A stretch of 63,320 bases of DNA, filler included, from Globobulimina sp. (lineage: Eukaryota): the NCBI GenBank assembly GCA_003354225.1. It is 56 parts of 56 records of this genome, joined end to end, with 100 filler letters (N's around TTAATTAATTAA, not from the genome) between each part and the next. Parts side by side here need not be neighbours in the genome. Positions count along the whole stretch, not along the records: positions 1 to 1,034 come from PIVH01025264.1; positions 1,135 to 2,168 come from PIVH01025265.1; positions 2,269 to 3,302 come from PIVH01025266.1; positions 3,403 to 4,435 come from PIVH01025267.1; positions 4,536 to 5,568 come from PIVH01025268.1; positions 5,669 to 6,701 come from PIVH01025269.1; positions 6,802 to 7,834 come from PIVH01025270.1; positions 7,935 to 8,967 come from PIVH01025271.1; 48 more parts are not named here. One strand, 5' to 3'. Below are positions 1 through 11,333 of this stretch, in pieces; the stretch's first letter is position 1, and each line of letters begins with the position of its first letter. The position numbers and the translations under genes are program-made. Below the pieces are notes generated by a model, which ran no database searches, was not told the origin of the DNA, and saw nothing but the letters and a program-made list of their open reading frames with translations.

Positions 1-753
1 AGCGGATATGCACCACACAATGGGGGAAACAATCCACGTTCTAATTTCTGTCAAGAATGAATATTTTTTATTAGGATCCATAACAGTGATAAGTAATAAA
101 CAAAACACATATAACACCATGGCAGTAATCATTATGGATTGCATTAATGTTTGTTTTACAATGATTTGAATGAACTCCGTAATGGATGCGGTTTCATCAG
201 CATCGATATCTGTTTCTGTTGTGTTGTCAGACTCAGATACTAATAAAATGAATAAAAATAACTTGTGATTGAAAATGTAAAGCAAATGAACGAGACCAAG
301 CATATAACAGAAGGTAGCTAGGCCTAAAAAAACTGTATTCAATGGAAATGCATCCATAAAATCAAAAAATGCTGACAGCAAAAATAATAATTCGGAAATA
401 ACAGCAAAAACACAATGCATATAAAAGATTGTTTTGGATATTTCATAAACAGAGTCTCGGAATGACAGATACATTCTGGCAAATATCAAAACATACAATG
501 ATGTAAACCCAATATTGATCCACGCAAAAAATATCATACGAAATAGCTCCATTTGAGTAACAATCGATATCGTGTTTAATGAATATCCGATAAATAACGA
601 CATCATATATATGATAGATAAATATTGTATTAATTTGCTTTCACCTTTCTTTGACTGACAAAGTTTAAGCAATGACAATGAGGATAATGTTCCGGTGATT
701 ATAACTATTGTCATATCCCGAAATATATCACTGAATTGTTTTGATGGAATCAT
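1..753 (-). CDS. Multi-pass (7TM/GPCR-like) membrane protein, 3' partial; absent from the ORF track
   Basis: Manual translation from ATG 753 is open to the window edge (MIPSKQFSDIFRDMTIVIITG...LIFARMYLSFRDSVYEISK...LLYIFNHKLFLF...). It has several hydrophobic stretches and shares motifs with 40849..41812. Confidence 0.7.
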   Translation of the reverse strand, partial: MIPSKQFSDIFRDMTIVIITGTLSSLSLLKLCQSKKGESKLIQYLSIIYMMSLFIGYSLNTISIVTQMELFRMIFFAWINIGFTSLYVLIFARMYLSFRDSVYEISKTIFYMHCVFAVISELLFLLSAFFDFMDAFPLNTVFLGLATFCYMLGLVHLLYIFNHKLFLFILLVSESDNTTETDIDADETASITEFIQIIVKQTLMQSIMITAMVLYVFCLLLITVMDPNKKYSFLTEIRTWIVSPIVWCISA

Positions 754-1034
754 TTGTATATATTTGAGTTGCTTGTTTTTTTTCGAAAATCTTTTTTTTT
801 GAGTTGCTTGTCTCTTTCTTTATTTTTATGTCTTTGGTACTGATAAACAATATCACTTTGTTGAGTGTGCCATATAGAGGCTATATTGGAATCGTAGCAT
901 GAATGGCTCAAAAACACAATAAAAGACCAATATGCTACAAATTGCATGGCCCATTTGTGAGGTGTAGAACAACGGGAATTATCCTGTGAACAAGTGTTAA
1001 TGTCTCTGTTTAAATTTTAACGATGATCAGATAT

Positions 1035-1134
1035 NNNNNNNNNNNNNNNNNNNNNNNNNNNNNNNNNNNNNNNNNNNNTTAATTAATTAANNNNNNNNNN
1101 NNNNNNNNNNNNNNNNNNNNNNNNNNNNNNNNNN
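1035..1134. other. Artificial contig linker N44-TTAATTAATTAA-N44 (first of 55 identical linkers; 56 contigs of about 1.03 kb)
   Basis: The same 100-bp block with a six-frame-stop core recurs every 1132-1134 bp, and sequence content changes abruptly at each linker. Confidence 0.99.
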
Positions 1135-1220
1135 AATTTACAGTTTTTTACAGATTATTCAAAATAAAAACATTGAAAGTCAAAATTGAATTGTTAAAGG
1201 TTGTGTTTCATCGGGAACCA

Positions 1221-1252
1221 TTAACATTTTATTATTAACCTATTTTCCTTCC
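1221..1252. repeat. Dispersed repeat end (TTTTATTATTAACCTATTTTCCTTCC), also at about 1783-1808 and 23887-23912
   Basis: Motif occurs three times in two contigs, twice followed by TA. Also, 1135-1157 is the reverse complement of 23797-23819. Confidence 0.7.
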
Positions 1253-3402
1253 ATTCCTTTATTATTTTTCAATAAATGAATTTAATGTTATTTCAATTGC
1301 TTTGAATAATAATTCACAATTGATATCATGCTCAAATAACCATCCAAATTTATGTGTAATCAATTTACAATATTGATACAGATCAAATCCGGAAAATTGT
1401 TTCTTTTTCTTCAGTTGTTAGCACTGCCTAGCTCATAATTTGATGAGTGGATTATTTTGGTTTCTACTAAAATAGGTTTGGATGATGCTATTAAGTTTAT
1501 TCATTTGTATCAGGTAGTTAGCACTTTAATAGCACGTAGAACCGCCGAAATGCGAATAAGCGGAAATCAGTTTTTATAGCTGCTGCTGGATTATTCTCTT
1601 TAAGTTTTTCTAAAGCTTTTGAGCCAAATCAATCAACCGCGAAATAAAATACACTGCGAAATAAAGTACACCTAAAGTAATTCAAATACACTGCAGTCAC
1701 AACTATTGAGCTAAAGAAGTTGTGACTGTTTGTTTGTTATTTACTGCAATCATCTTTCATATATTTTTGTGTTGAAATTGTTTTTTATTATTAACCTATT
1801 TTCCTTCCTAAACTTAGGATAAACAATATCAAAGTCTTCGACCAACCGTCGTAGATAAATCTACACGATCCTATCGACCAATAGAACAGCTCAATTTTCT
1901 ATGGACTAGGTCCGATTAACTTAGTTAATCACTGTGTTCACCATAGAAGTTTATATTGAGTGTCTACTAAAAGAACGGTTTGTGTGAAACTAAGAACAGT
2001 TCGTAAAATTCCACAACCAATTGAAAGAAGAAAAAAATAAAATAGGAGAGTACAAGGGGGTTCCTACTATAATTCGGCGAATTATAACTGAATTAATTCT
2101 TCGCTGGCCTGATTCTAAAATATTTCCAAGGGTACCCCCTTGGGAATTTCATAAATATCACCGAATTANNNNNNNNNNNNNNNNNNNNNNNNNNNNNNNN
2201 NNNNNNNNNNNNTTAATTAATTAANNNNNNNNNNNNNNNNNNNNNNNNNNNNNNNNNNNNNNNNNNNNAGTCATTCCACCATCAGATGTCTATATAACCA
2301 ATTATCAATATGTAGTGGTATATTGCTATTTGTTTAAATTTTCCTTGGGGAGTGTCGCGACAGTCGCGATTCTCTTGCATTTATGTAATAATATAGTTAA
2401 TATAGTTGTACTTTGATAATATGTAGTTTATTATGCATTTGCATTATGTACATACTTTGAACTATTCATGTATTGCCTAACGTAGATGATTTATGCATGT
2501 TTTTAACCTATAATATATATTTGCATATTCGGTTGTGGCTGACGCGAGATTGATACCCTTTCACCCCTAAACCAGTTTATAATAGTTTCGCCCAAATCTC
2601 TCGTCTCGGTCACGGCTACTTTTCATTGTTGCTCTCGGTCCTTATCTACACTTGGTGGGTACTTTTTATAATGGTTTTTATCTACGTTTATTTAACAAAG
2701 AAATAAATTGTTGTATTTATACGTTTCTTTCCGACCGACAACCAAAACATCCAGTCAACTTGTGAAGCATCCAAGCGTTCATTTTATGGCGATACCCGAT
2801 CGTGAATAAGAACATTCCTCCATCACTCAATTTGGCTGACAAAAGATTGGTTTCAATAATACTCTGTGAAACCAGGTTAGTTTACATTTGATAAAGCATT
2901 CTTAATTATTCCTCATACACTCTATCATATATGTAAACCTGACATTAGTCGGCGTATTCTGGTGAAACTTCACCCAATTGCTACCCCTATTAGTATTAGT
3001 AAATTACAGTCTTAGACGTGAACAATTACGGCCCAAATATCAATTTGCGGTCCGACTAAATCAGCAATATTGGGGTAGTCAGTCAAAATTACACACACAT
3101 CCTGGAGTCAGATAATAATAGGGTAGGACCATTTAATATTTCACACCTCTCCTGTTGCATTGATATAGTACTAAAGAGTGCTATAAGTTTATTTTGTGCA
3201 ATTGCATTGTGGTTTATTCCAGTAGTATTAAAAGAGTACTACAACGTTTGCATCTGTTTGAAGCCCAAACACGAATTGCATAAAAACGTTTACACTGCAT
3301 ACNNNNNNNNNNNNNNNNNNNNNNNNNNNNNNNNNNNNNNNNNNNNTTAATTAATTAANNNNNNNNNNNNNNNNNNNNNNNNNNNNNNNNNNNNNNNNNN
3401 NN

Positions 3403-4378
3403 GCAGATACTTCTTAATCATAAGAAAAGCTGCAATAATATGAATGATAGAAACGATGTGCAGCAACCATTCAATTCGGTTTGCGGCTCAATGTCGTACC
3501 ACTTCGCCACTCGAATATTTAAGTCAATGCAAGCTCGCGTGATATACTTGACATCATATTCACGAATGTCGATGATCTCTGCCATCAAATCGACAGATTT
3601 GAAATTCACGTTGTTGTTATTGGCAAATATATCGCCGTACACGTCCGCAGTGTTTTTTTTGTGTATATTGATTTTGATTCTTTTATTGATGTCTTTGCTA
3701 ACTTGGCGTAGATCATTTTCATTCAAAAAAATCAGTTTTAAGTATGCTTTTTGGATGCCACTGAGATGATTTTTTTGCGTTAAGTCGGTTTTTTTGCAGA
3801 TCTGGGTGTCATGGATTAAGCCATCAAATCTCTGCTTGATAAATTGCTGCATGTCATGTAGATGTATTTGAGCGCAGTAAATATAAAAATAAGGGTAGAA
3901 AATGATGGTGGATTTGAAGGTGGAGCAGCCGTTCTCTTCAATCAAATATAAGTCTAAACCGCTTTGTTCCTCTCCAGAGTCCGTGTGGGGGATTACGGTG
4001 CAGACAATGTTGAAGAGCCAACCTAATTTGCTGCCCTGTCCACAGGTTTTGAATCGATCGAAACCGAATGAAGAGTCTTCTTCATCAATGATCTCTTTTG
4101 TACGTAACTTCTCTTTTAGTCGTTGTTTGCGCGATAATTTATTGCTGTTGGTGTTAGTGTTGGTGTTGGTGGCTTTGGCATCGTCTCCTTTTTTGTAGTT
4201 ATGGCCTAGTTTTTTGGCGACTGCGGAGGCTCTCTTATCGTAGAAATTTCGCTCTGTGTTTATTTTTTTGTTTTGGTTGAGTTTAATTCCGAAAGCCAGA
4301 TTTTAATATGATGCATATTTTGTTTTTTTTGACATAACTCTTGCGTTTCCCACGTCCTTTGCGCCGAAATGAACTCAT
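3403..4378 (-). CDS. POLE: DNA polymerase epsilon catalytic subunit, N-terminal part (exon 4378-4339, intron 4338-4254, exon from 4253)
   Basis: Motifs FGFDRF, GWLFN, PYFYI, K.DL...NHLSG and IIDIREYDVKYITRACIDLNIRVAKWY. A GT..AG intron gives the in-frame start MSSFRRKGRGKRKKRNFYD. Confidence 0.93.
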
Positions 4379-4535
4379 TCAATGTGTGGAATTATTGTGC
4401 AATAATCCTTGCAATAATTAATGGATGCAATGGTANNNNNNNNNNNNNNNNNNNNNNNNNNNNNNNNNNNNNNNNNNNNTTAATTAATTAANNNNNNNNN
4501 NNNNNNNNNNNNNNNNNNNNNNNNNNNNNNNNNNN

Positions 4536-4857
4536 CAATTATATAATGGATAATTTACCATTTTTATCATTCGGAAAATTAATCTGTGGATATGAGACAT
4601 TACGAGCAAAGGGATGCGTCAATAAAACTTGCAAAGCAAATAAACAAATTATTCATACTCGATTGGTGGATTTCATTCCATTACAATCATCCAATCAGAA
4701 TAGGATTAGTCATAACGGAGGATATCCATATCAAAGGACTGTAGTAAGAGGAGGTTACGGTGGTAGAGGTCGAGGTTTTGGGAGTAGAGGCCGAGGATTC
4801 GGTAGAGGTCGTGGAGCGTTTTTTGGTCATAGAGGGCGAGGAGGAAGAAGAAGATAA
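4536..4857 (+). CDS. Gag-like ORF C-terminus (Cys/His finger plus RGG-rich tail) of a DIRS-type retrotransposon
   Basis: ICGYETLRAKGCVNKTCKANKQIIH followed by RGG/RGRG repeats, directly upstream of an RT ORF in the same contig. Confidence 0.55.
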
Positions 4858-5064
4858 GTCTACCGCGCCAGCACCAAATACGCTGTGTGTGGATTAAACA
4901 ATATATATTAGTAAATTTTATTTTTGTTTTGTTCCTTTTTTTTTGCGCTATTTAATATTATACGTACTTTGCCACTTTCAGTCAAAGAAAACACCTCAGT
5001 ACACACACCGTCCAATCTGCACACACTATTAACACATAACACACACATAACTAACTAGTTAGCC

Positions 5065-5568
5065 TTGAAAAACGAGTGGCTCCGCAAACTGCAGCGCTTG
5101 CCATCGAAAACAGTCCTTCAGAGAAAAATCTATAATTTGAACAATTGGAGACGTGAGGCCAAAACCCATCGCTCCAAATTGGCTATCGAGAAGCTTATGG
5201 TAGAGTTGGAGCTAGGTTTTGATTTAGGTTTTGATATGAAAAATCGGCCGGAGCCCCGACATAAAGTCCGTAACCCGCCAGCTGATTGTAACACCAGTAC
5301 CGGCCTTTCAAAGACAGTTTTTAAGTGGTACACAAAAAACCAGTTACTTGGACCGTTTACCCCCGAAGAAGCCGAAAAAATTGGTGTCACGGTAAGCCCC
5401 ATTCACGGTGTACCAAAACCAGACGGATCAATCCGCCCCGTCATTAACCACTCTTACCCGAAAAAACGTTTTGAAGAATCGGTCAATGGATCTCTTGATG
5501 AAGACCTATGCACCGTCCAATACATTAACTTGCAGGCTATCGTGGCGACAGTTCAACGAGAGGGCCCC
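5065..5568 (+). mobile_element. Reverse transcriptase N-terminal region of a tyrosine-recombinase (DIRS/Ngaro-type) retrotransposon
   Basis: LLGPF...VSPIHGVPKPDGSIRPVINHSYP...SVNGSLD...VQY matches the DIRS/Ngaro RT pattern; truncated at the contig end. Confidence 0.85.
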
Positions 5569-5669
5569 NNNNNNNNNNNNNNNNNNNNNNNNNNNNNNNN
5601 NNNNNNNNNNNNTTAATTAATTAANNNNNNNNNNNNNNNNNNNNNNNNNNNNNNNNNNNNNNNNNNNNA

Positions 5670-6347
5670 AACCCCTCAAAGCCATCAACTCATTTTGTCC
5701 GAATCCAAATAATATCGCATAAATCCATGAAATCATTGAAAGACTCCAAATTGCTATATGTAGGACATTCTTATTGCGACCAAACATTACAGACAAATAA
5801 ATCATGTCCATGCAAATTATTAAACCCTCTCAGATTATTAAGATTATATTTGAGACGAAGGAAGAAGTTGGCGGCCATGATACCAAATAGCAAACGCAAA
5901 AACCAGCTTCAGTTAACTTTGGAAAACAATGTATTTGTGTGGTCAAATGGTAAAGCTGTAAATACCACTGCTTTATCTAAAATAATCAAAGAAGTGGTAG
6001 CAGCAAATTCCAAATATATCCTTGAAGCGTCAAGATTCTCTGGTTATAGTGCTAGAATTGGAGGAACGACCAGAGCCTCCCAAGTCGGAATTGCTCACGG
6101 ACTTATTTTAAAATATGTAGGATGGAGCGATGCAAAATTGCCAGATGTGAGTATGAGATATATCCGACCCGATGCTATATGTCTCAGTCAGATGGTGCGA
6201 GATATAATACATGGCCCCGCCCATAATGATCTGAACACAAAAAACAGATTCTTCTTGCAAACAAGTGTGATTTTTGATCCGTGGGCCAAAGTTGAAGACA
6301 GAAAATTCTGCTTTCAAAAAATCAAAAACAGAAAACGCAAGAAATAA
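5670..6347 (+). mobile_element. Tyrosine recombinase C-terminal half (DIRS-type)
   Basis: FSGYSARIGGTTRASQVG...VGWS...SMRYIR corresponds to HxxR..W..Y with Tyr in place of His; frame open from 5670. Confidence 0.8.
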
Positions 6348-6801
6348 ATCAAAATACCATTACAATCATTCCCATACAATTCAATGGTTTGCCTTATAAA
6401 ATTTTTTGACATTCTAGGCACCATTAAAATTTTATTCACATTACATGCGGGCAAATGGGGATTTAGGAAATGAATATATGTATAATATATTCTATTTCCC
6501 TTTCTGTCTATTAATATTACCTGTTAATATTAGTACTTTTCCCCGTTTGTATATTCTGCTGTAATTGACCCAATTATAATATTAAATTAAATTATTATTT
6601 CTTATTCTTACTGCTTGCACCTTTTTATAAAAGAAAATTATAACAAGAAATTAAAACAAAAACATTAGAGATTATTAATAATGATATTAAACCAAAAGAT
6701 ANNNNNNNNNNNNNNNNNNNNNNNNNNNNNNNNNNNNNNNNNNNNTTAATTAATTAANNNNNNNNNNNNNNNNNNNNNNNNNNNNNNNNNNNNNNNNNNN
6801 N

Positions 6802-7833
6802 ACATTTACATAAATATACCGCTAACTTGGCTCCTTTCACGCGATTCCCAGTCGACGTACCAAATAAAGTGGTACTATTTGTCCGCGACGATCCGCGCAA
6901 AGCAATCTTTGTTTGCTCTTTTTGTTGCTCTTTCATTTCCACCTCGGACCTGCACGCATCAATTAAATAAATACGTGGGATCGATATCAATTTAGTATCG
7001 CATTGGAACAATGACCGAATGTCATTATAACTATATACTGCCCCGTCGCTACATATTATCCCCTTTTCCAAGCCATGAGCGCCAATGGTCACAAACAGCG
7101 AATCATAATAAATTGTACCGGTATCAAAATTAAATAACTTCTTCCTACATTGTCTCAAGAATTTCTCTACTTTTTTTTTGGGCATATACAACCCATACTT
7201 TTCCCCATGAGCTGAATCGATATTTGATACCAATGTGTATCCATATTGCTCCACCAACACCTCTGCATAATGTTGAATATCGCGTTCAACGCCAAGTAAA
7301 GTCTCAACTTTATATTGATTCGCGTCATATTCCTTAATCACCAACGATATAATCAACGCATCGCGTTTCACATTGACATTCTTAGCCTGCTCAATCTGTT
7401 TATATTCGCCGCAAAAGGAGCCTTTATTAAATTTCACAGTGCCTTCACGCATTGTTTCTTGAATATCGACAAGTTGCCTTGCTTTGAATTTCTGTTTCTT
7501 CACTTTTTTGTCTTTGGTCAACTTAAATGCTTCCGAGCGTATTTTCCCTTTGATTTTCTCCAATGTCCATTGTTGCTGCCTTTTCTGGGCATTATCTCCG
7601 TAACACAACGGCTGCCGTAACACGTTCACCACCGCTTTCATCAAAAAGCCGCCGTCGGAGTTATCGTACGAAATATAACCGACCGCGTTTGAATAAAAGC
7701 AAAACCAATCTGACATGGAATGGCTTGGCAGGGGAACGTTGCCAGTAACCTGCGAGTATGTGTCCATAAACATAATTTTGGGAATCTCTGGTAATTCATA
7801 CTCATCGCCAGTTGCTGAAAATATATCTTTAAT
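6802..7833 (-). CDS. Peptidase C14 (caspase-like) protein with tandem domains, partial at both ends
   Basis: Second domain has IGAHG and IPRIYLIDACRS. The upstream domain has the equivalent strand IPKIMFMDTYS and a p10-like segment (FYSNAVGYIS...GGFLMKAV). Confidence 0.8.
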
Positions 7834-7934
7834 ANNNNNNNNNNNNNNNNNNNNNNNNNNNNNNNNNNNNNNNNNNNNTTAATTAATTAANNNNNNNNNN
7901 NNNNNNNNNNNNNNNNNNNNNNNNNNNNNNNNNN

Positions 7935-8432
7935 AAACACTATATTTTCTAATTCTGTTCCACCAGCTACACACTCAAAAATTTTCGAGTTATTCACACT
8001 TTGCGAAGAAGACGGAATGCATACACCAATTACAATATTTTCTGTTTCATAGTTACTTTCATCACAATTGCCAGGTTCTCCATCATATGTCGTTTTTGTA
8101 GCAATATTGCAATCCTCTACGGTGCCACCTTTACAATAACAACTATCACTCTCTCCATCGCAATTCAATTCCAGTGTCTCTGCAAAATCTGCGTCTTTGT
8201 TTCCCGATACACCACAATCAGTGCTATTGCCCCACCATAGAAACTGTGCTTGGTATGTTCCGGTTGCCTCATTGGTTTGGCAATAATATCCACGCGATGT
8301 ACCGAGTTTAGTTGAAAATTTAGCACATGTATCCAATTGGTATGCTCTGTTCGCTACTGCTATATAATTACAAATAGAGCTTACAGATAATGTTAATAAT
8401 ATAATGCTATACACATAGTATGTTACAGTCAT
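7935..8432 (-). CDS. Secreted Cys-rich hypothetical protein, 3' partial
   Basis: N-terminal hydrophobic signal-like segment and about 11 Cys. Confidence 0.6.
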
Positions 8433-8497
8433 GGCTTCGAGTGCAAGTCCGTTAGTAAAGAGATTTTTGAAACAACGATTTCATTTCATTATAATTA

Positions 8498-8959
8498 TTA
8501 TATGGATTGTACAACATTTCTCCAGGCAGACCATGATACACATTGACTTGGACTGCTTTTGATCCATTGTGTTTCTCCAGATTTACTATTTGCAGGCGTT
8601 CTTACCAAATGATATGACAATGCATTAAGCAATGCAGCCTGTCTCTGAACCAACGCATTGGATTCCTGCGTTGATAGAATATCATTGAGATGCTGTAACA
8701 TCGTCGATATGCTTTCACTTCGATCATGAAATCCTGTATTGAAAGAAACAGCTTTTTTTGTTGCAAAATCAGTTTCCATTTGTTCCCAAATTTTGTCAAA
8801 TATTTGTGATTCCTCACATAACACGTCACCAATACCTAATTCACATAGCGCAGCATAGAAATGGATAGCGACTAATTCTAAACCATAAGCATCAATACAC
8901 ATTGTTGATGGGAATCGAACTTCATTTAAAAAATGACTTGCTGCCATTTCCGGTGACAT
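8498..8959 (-). CDS. Hypothetical protein, probably 5' partial
   Basis: 153-codon ORF with globular composition; no recognised motif. Confidence 0.45.
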   Translation of the reverse strand: MSPEMAASHFLNEVRFPSTMCIDAYGLELVAIHFYAALCELGIGDVLCEESQIFDKIWEQMETDFATKKAVSFNTGFHDRSESISTMLQHLNDILSTQESNALVQRQAALLNALSYHLVRTPANSKSGETQWIKSSPSQCVSWSAWRNVVQSI

Positions 8960-9067
8960 CTGCGCAANNNNNNNNNNNNNNNNNNNNNNNNNNNNNNNNN
9001 NNNNNNNNNNNTTAATTAATTAANNNNNNNNNNNNNNNNNNNNNNNNNNNNNNNNNNNNNNNNNNNN

Positions 9068-9910
9068 ATGTGGAAGCATGCATGTGCCAAAATAGGATGG
9101 TCGGCAATGCACGGACACCTATATGCGGTGAGAGATTATTTATTAAGCAATAATATTATCATTAAAACACAGCAGGAAGACATGCAAAGACTACATGGAA
9201 TAATAAAACAAGAAAGAAAAGACAGGCCAACAAAAGGTAAGGATGCCTTAAAAGAGAAAGAATTGGAATTGATGATAAATGCAATAAAAAGTGATAAAAA
9301 CATGTCAAAGAAAGACAAATATGCATGGGAGGCAATATTGACATTGCTTTATTTTGGAATAAAGCGAATATCGGAATATGTACACAACACAGATCTATCA
9401 TTGAATTTATCTGTAAACAATTTAGAATTCGAATACGATTTAAGGAGCAATGAGTTCAACAAATCAAGCCATTGCATCCTAAACAGAAAAAGAGGGAAAA
9501 CATATCAATACGGAGGAGATTTATTTGCCGTATTTATTTGCACCTGCAAAGCATCAAAATTCTGCTTTTTATGTGCCGCAAAAAGATATTTAAACATAAG
9601 AAAAAAAGAAAAAAAAGGAAAAGACATTTCAGATGAATGCCTATTTGAATTGGACAACAAACAGATTTTAAACAAATATACAATGGGAAAGATGATAAAA
9701 AAACTGGCACAAGAAATAGGATTAAATCCAGACAATATTGCTGGACATAGTTGGAGAAAAGGAGGAGCACAGTGGGCAGTTAAACAAAATCTGCCAACAA
9801 CAACCATAATGAAACAAGCGGATTGGAAGTCATTCAAATCACTAAAAAGATATTGTGATAACATTGATCGATTGGACCAAGTTCAAATTTTAAAAAATAT
9901 TGTCAAGTAA
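9068..9910 (+). mobile_element. Tyrosine recombinase (DIRS-type), catalytic domain intact
   Basis: LLYFGIKRISEY (R), RGKTYQ (K), AGHSWRKGGA (HxxR), ADWKS (W) and KRY (Y). Confidence 0.9.
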
Positions 9911-10201
9911 TTCAGTCTCTATTTAAAAGCGGCAAATAAATCTATTTTAACGATTGGTCGGGAAACGTTCGGTTAACGTTTGGTATATTGAAGGATTAAT
10001 ATTGCGGTACATACAGATCAGATGCACATACAAACGCATCTGACTCACCACAATATAAATCCTAGATATCTCCGAACCTGTTACCAACCAATCGTAGGTA
10101 NNNNNNNNNNNNNNNNNNNNNNNNNNNNNNNNNNNNNNNNNNNNTTAATTAATTAANNNNNNNNNNNNNNNNNNNNNNNNNNNNNNNNNNNNNNNNNNNN
10201 A

Positions 10202-10357
10202 TATTTTAATCAGGAAGATAAACAAAAATTCATTCATCGTTTGGTGAGGTGTTTAAAAACAGGAGGATATTTTTTCCCTGGGCATTCTGAGTCCTTACAT
10301 GGGTTATATGATAAACTAAAAACCATTGAACCATCAGTCTATCAAAAAACAAGTTGA
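10202..10357 (+). CDS. cheR: Chemotaxis methyltransferase CheR, C-terminus (bacterial)
   Basis: YFNQEDKQKFIHRLVRCLKTGGYFFPGHSESL...PSVYQK, directly upstream of cheB. Confidence 0.9.
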   Translation, partial: YFNQEDKQKFIHRLVRCLKTGGYFFPGHSESLHGLYDKLKTIEPSVYQKTS

Positions 10358-10378
10358 AAATGACATTGGAAATTCTTA

Positions 10379-10669
10379 ATGGCAAAAATTAAAGTAATGG
10401 TTGTTGATGATTCAGCATTAGTTCGGAAACTCATGTCGGAGTTACTTAACTCTGACAGAGAAATTGAGGTCATTGCACAAGCACCCGACCCAGTTTTTGC
10501 ATTAGAAAAATTAAAAACTATCAAACCAGATGTTATTACACTTGATATTGAGATGCCAAGAATGGATGGCATTACATTCCTGGGTAAATTAATGTCTGAA
10601 AATCCGATTCCAGTAGTCATTTGTTCCAGTTTGGCAGAATCAGGTGCCAAAACCACAATGGAAGCAATA
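10379..10669 (+). CDS. cheB: Chemotaxis methylesterase CheB receiver domain, truncated by a chimeric junction
   Basis: [14 protein letters not shown]...[19 protein letters not shown]...[21 protein letters not shown]. Confidence 0.93.
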
Positions 10670-10926
10670 AATTGCATGTTTTGTTGAGAAATGCGAATTT
10701 AACTACAAATGGATATGACTTTATTTTGTCGTTTTTGAAGTATGATCCATTAAAACGTATGACTTGTATTGAAGGATTGGAGCATGAATGGTTTGAACAA
10801 GCGCCATTGCCCATAAATAAGGATATTCTGGAAACCCATCCTCCGACAAATACAGAAACCAGAGACAATGTTATGAAAAGAAATAAAGAAAAACGATCTA
10901 AAGCATTGGGATTTATGCAATTTTGA
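10660..10926 (+). CDS. Cyclin-dependent kinase (CDK10/11-like) C-terminus, eukaryotic
   Basis: [34 protein letters not shown]...ETHP matches kinase subdomain XI and a CDK11-like tail; an AT-rich 3' UTR follows. Confidence 0.75.
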   Translation, partial: GSNKLHVLLRNANLTTNGYDFILSFLKYDPLKRMTCIEGLEHEWFEQAPLPINKDILETHPPTNTETRDNVMKRNKEKRSKALGFMQF

Positions 10927-11333
10927 CAATGTATTTAATTAAAGTTTTAATGTTTTCTATTACTTTTTGTTGTTGTTGCATTTGGTCTGCAATATTTGCA
11001 TATAAAGAATACTAAAATAGAAGAATATCTAAGCAAGTACATGCATGAGTTATTTTGAGCCAAACCTTGTACTAATAAAGTATGGGTTTTTAGGGGCTGT
11101 CCCCTCCTAGGTCCAAAGCACTCGCTGTATATTCAAAGTCTTTCACACCAATATTTGCCCAATTTACATCAACTTATCAGTGCATAATCAGAATATTTCT
11201 GTTCAATCTGTCGAATGATAATATATTCGATCCNNNNNNNNNNNNNNNNNNNNNNNNNNNNNNNNNNNNNNNNNNNNTTAATTAATTAANNNNNNNNNNN
11301 NNNNNNNNNNNNNNNNNNNNNNNNNNNNNNNNN

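Noticed and set aside
1079-1090. Regularly spaced TTAATTAATTAA as a biological repeat or CRISPR
   Set aside because: It is always embedded in N44 runs and is an artificial six-frame-stop linker. ORFs ending in X or LIN are linker artefacts.
2269-3302. Genes in the non-coding-looking contigs (also 13600-14632, 27196-28228, 39649-40680)
   Set aside because: Only short or stop-riddled frames and no recognisable motif.
3440-4198. Plus-strand ORFs over POLE and similar short antisense ORFs across the window
   Set aside because: They are shadows of well-supported genes on the opposite strand and have no motifs of their own.
6451-6550. Hammerhead ribozyme in the three-way junction
   Set aside because: No CTGAnGA core is present on either strand.
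4536-6701. gag-RT followed by a tyrosine recombinase as one complete DIRS element
   Set aside because: They are on different contigs ordered only by length, so the adjacency is not evidence of linkage.
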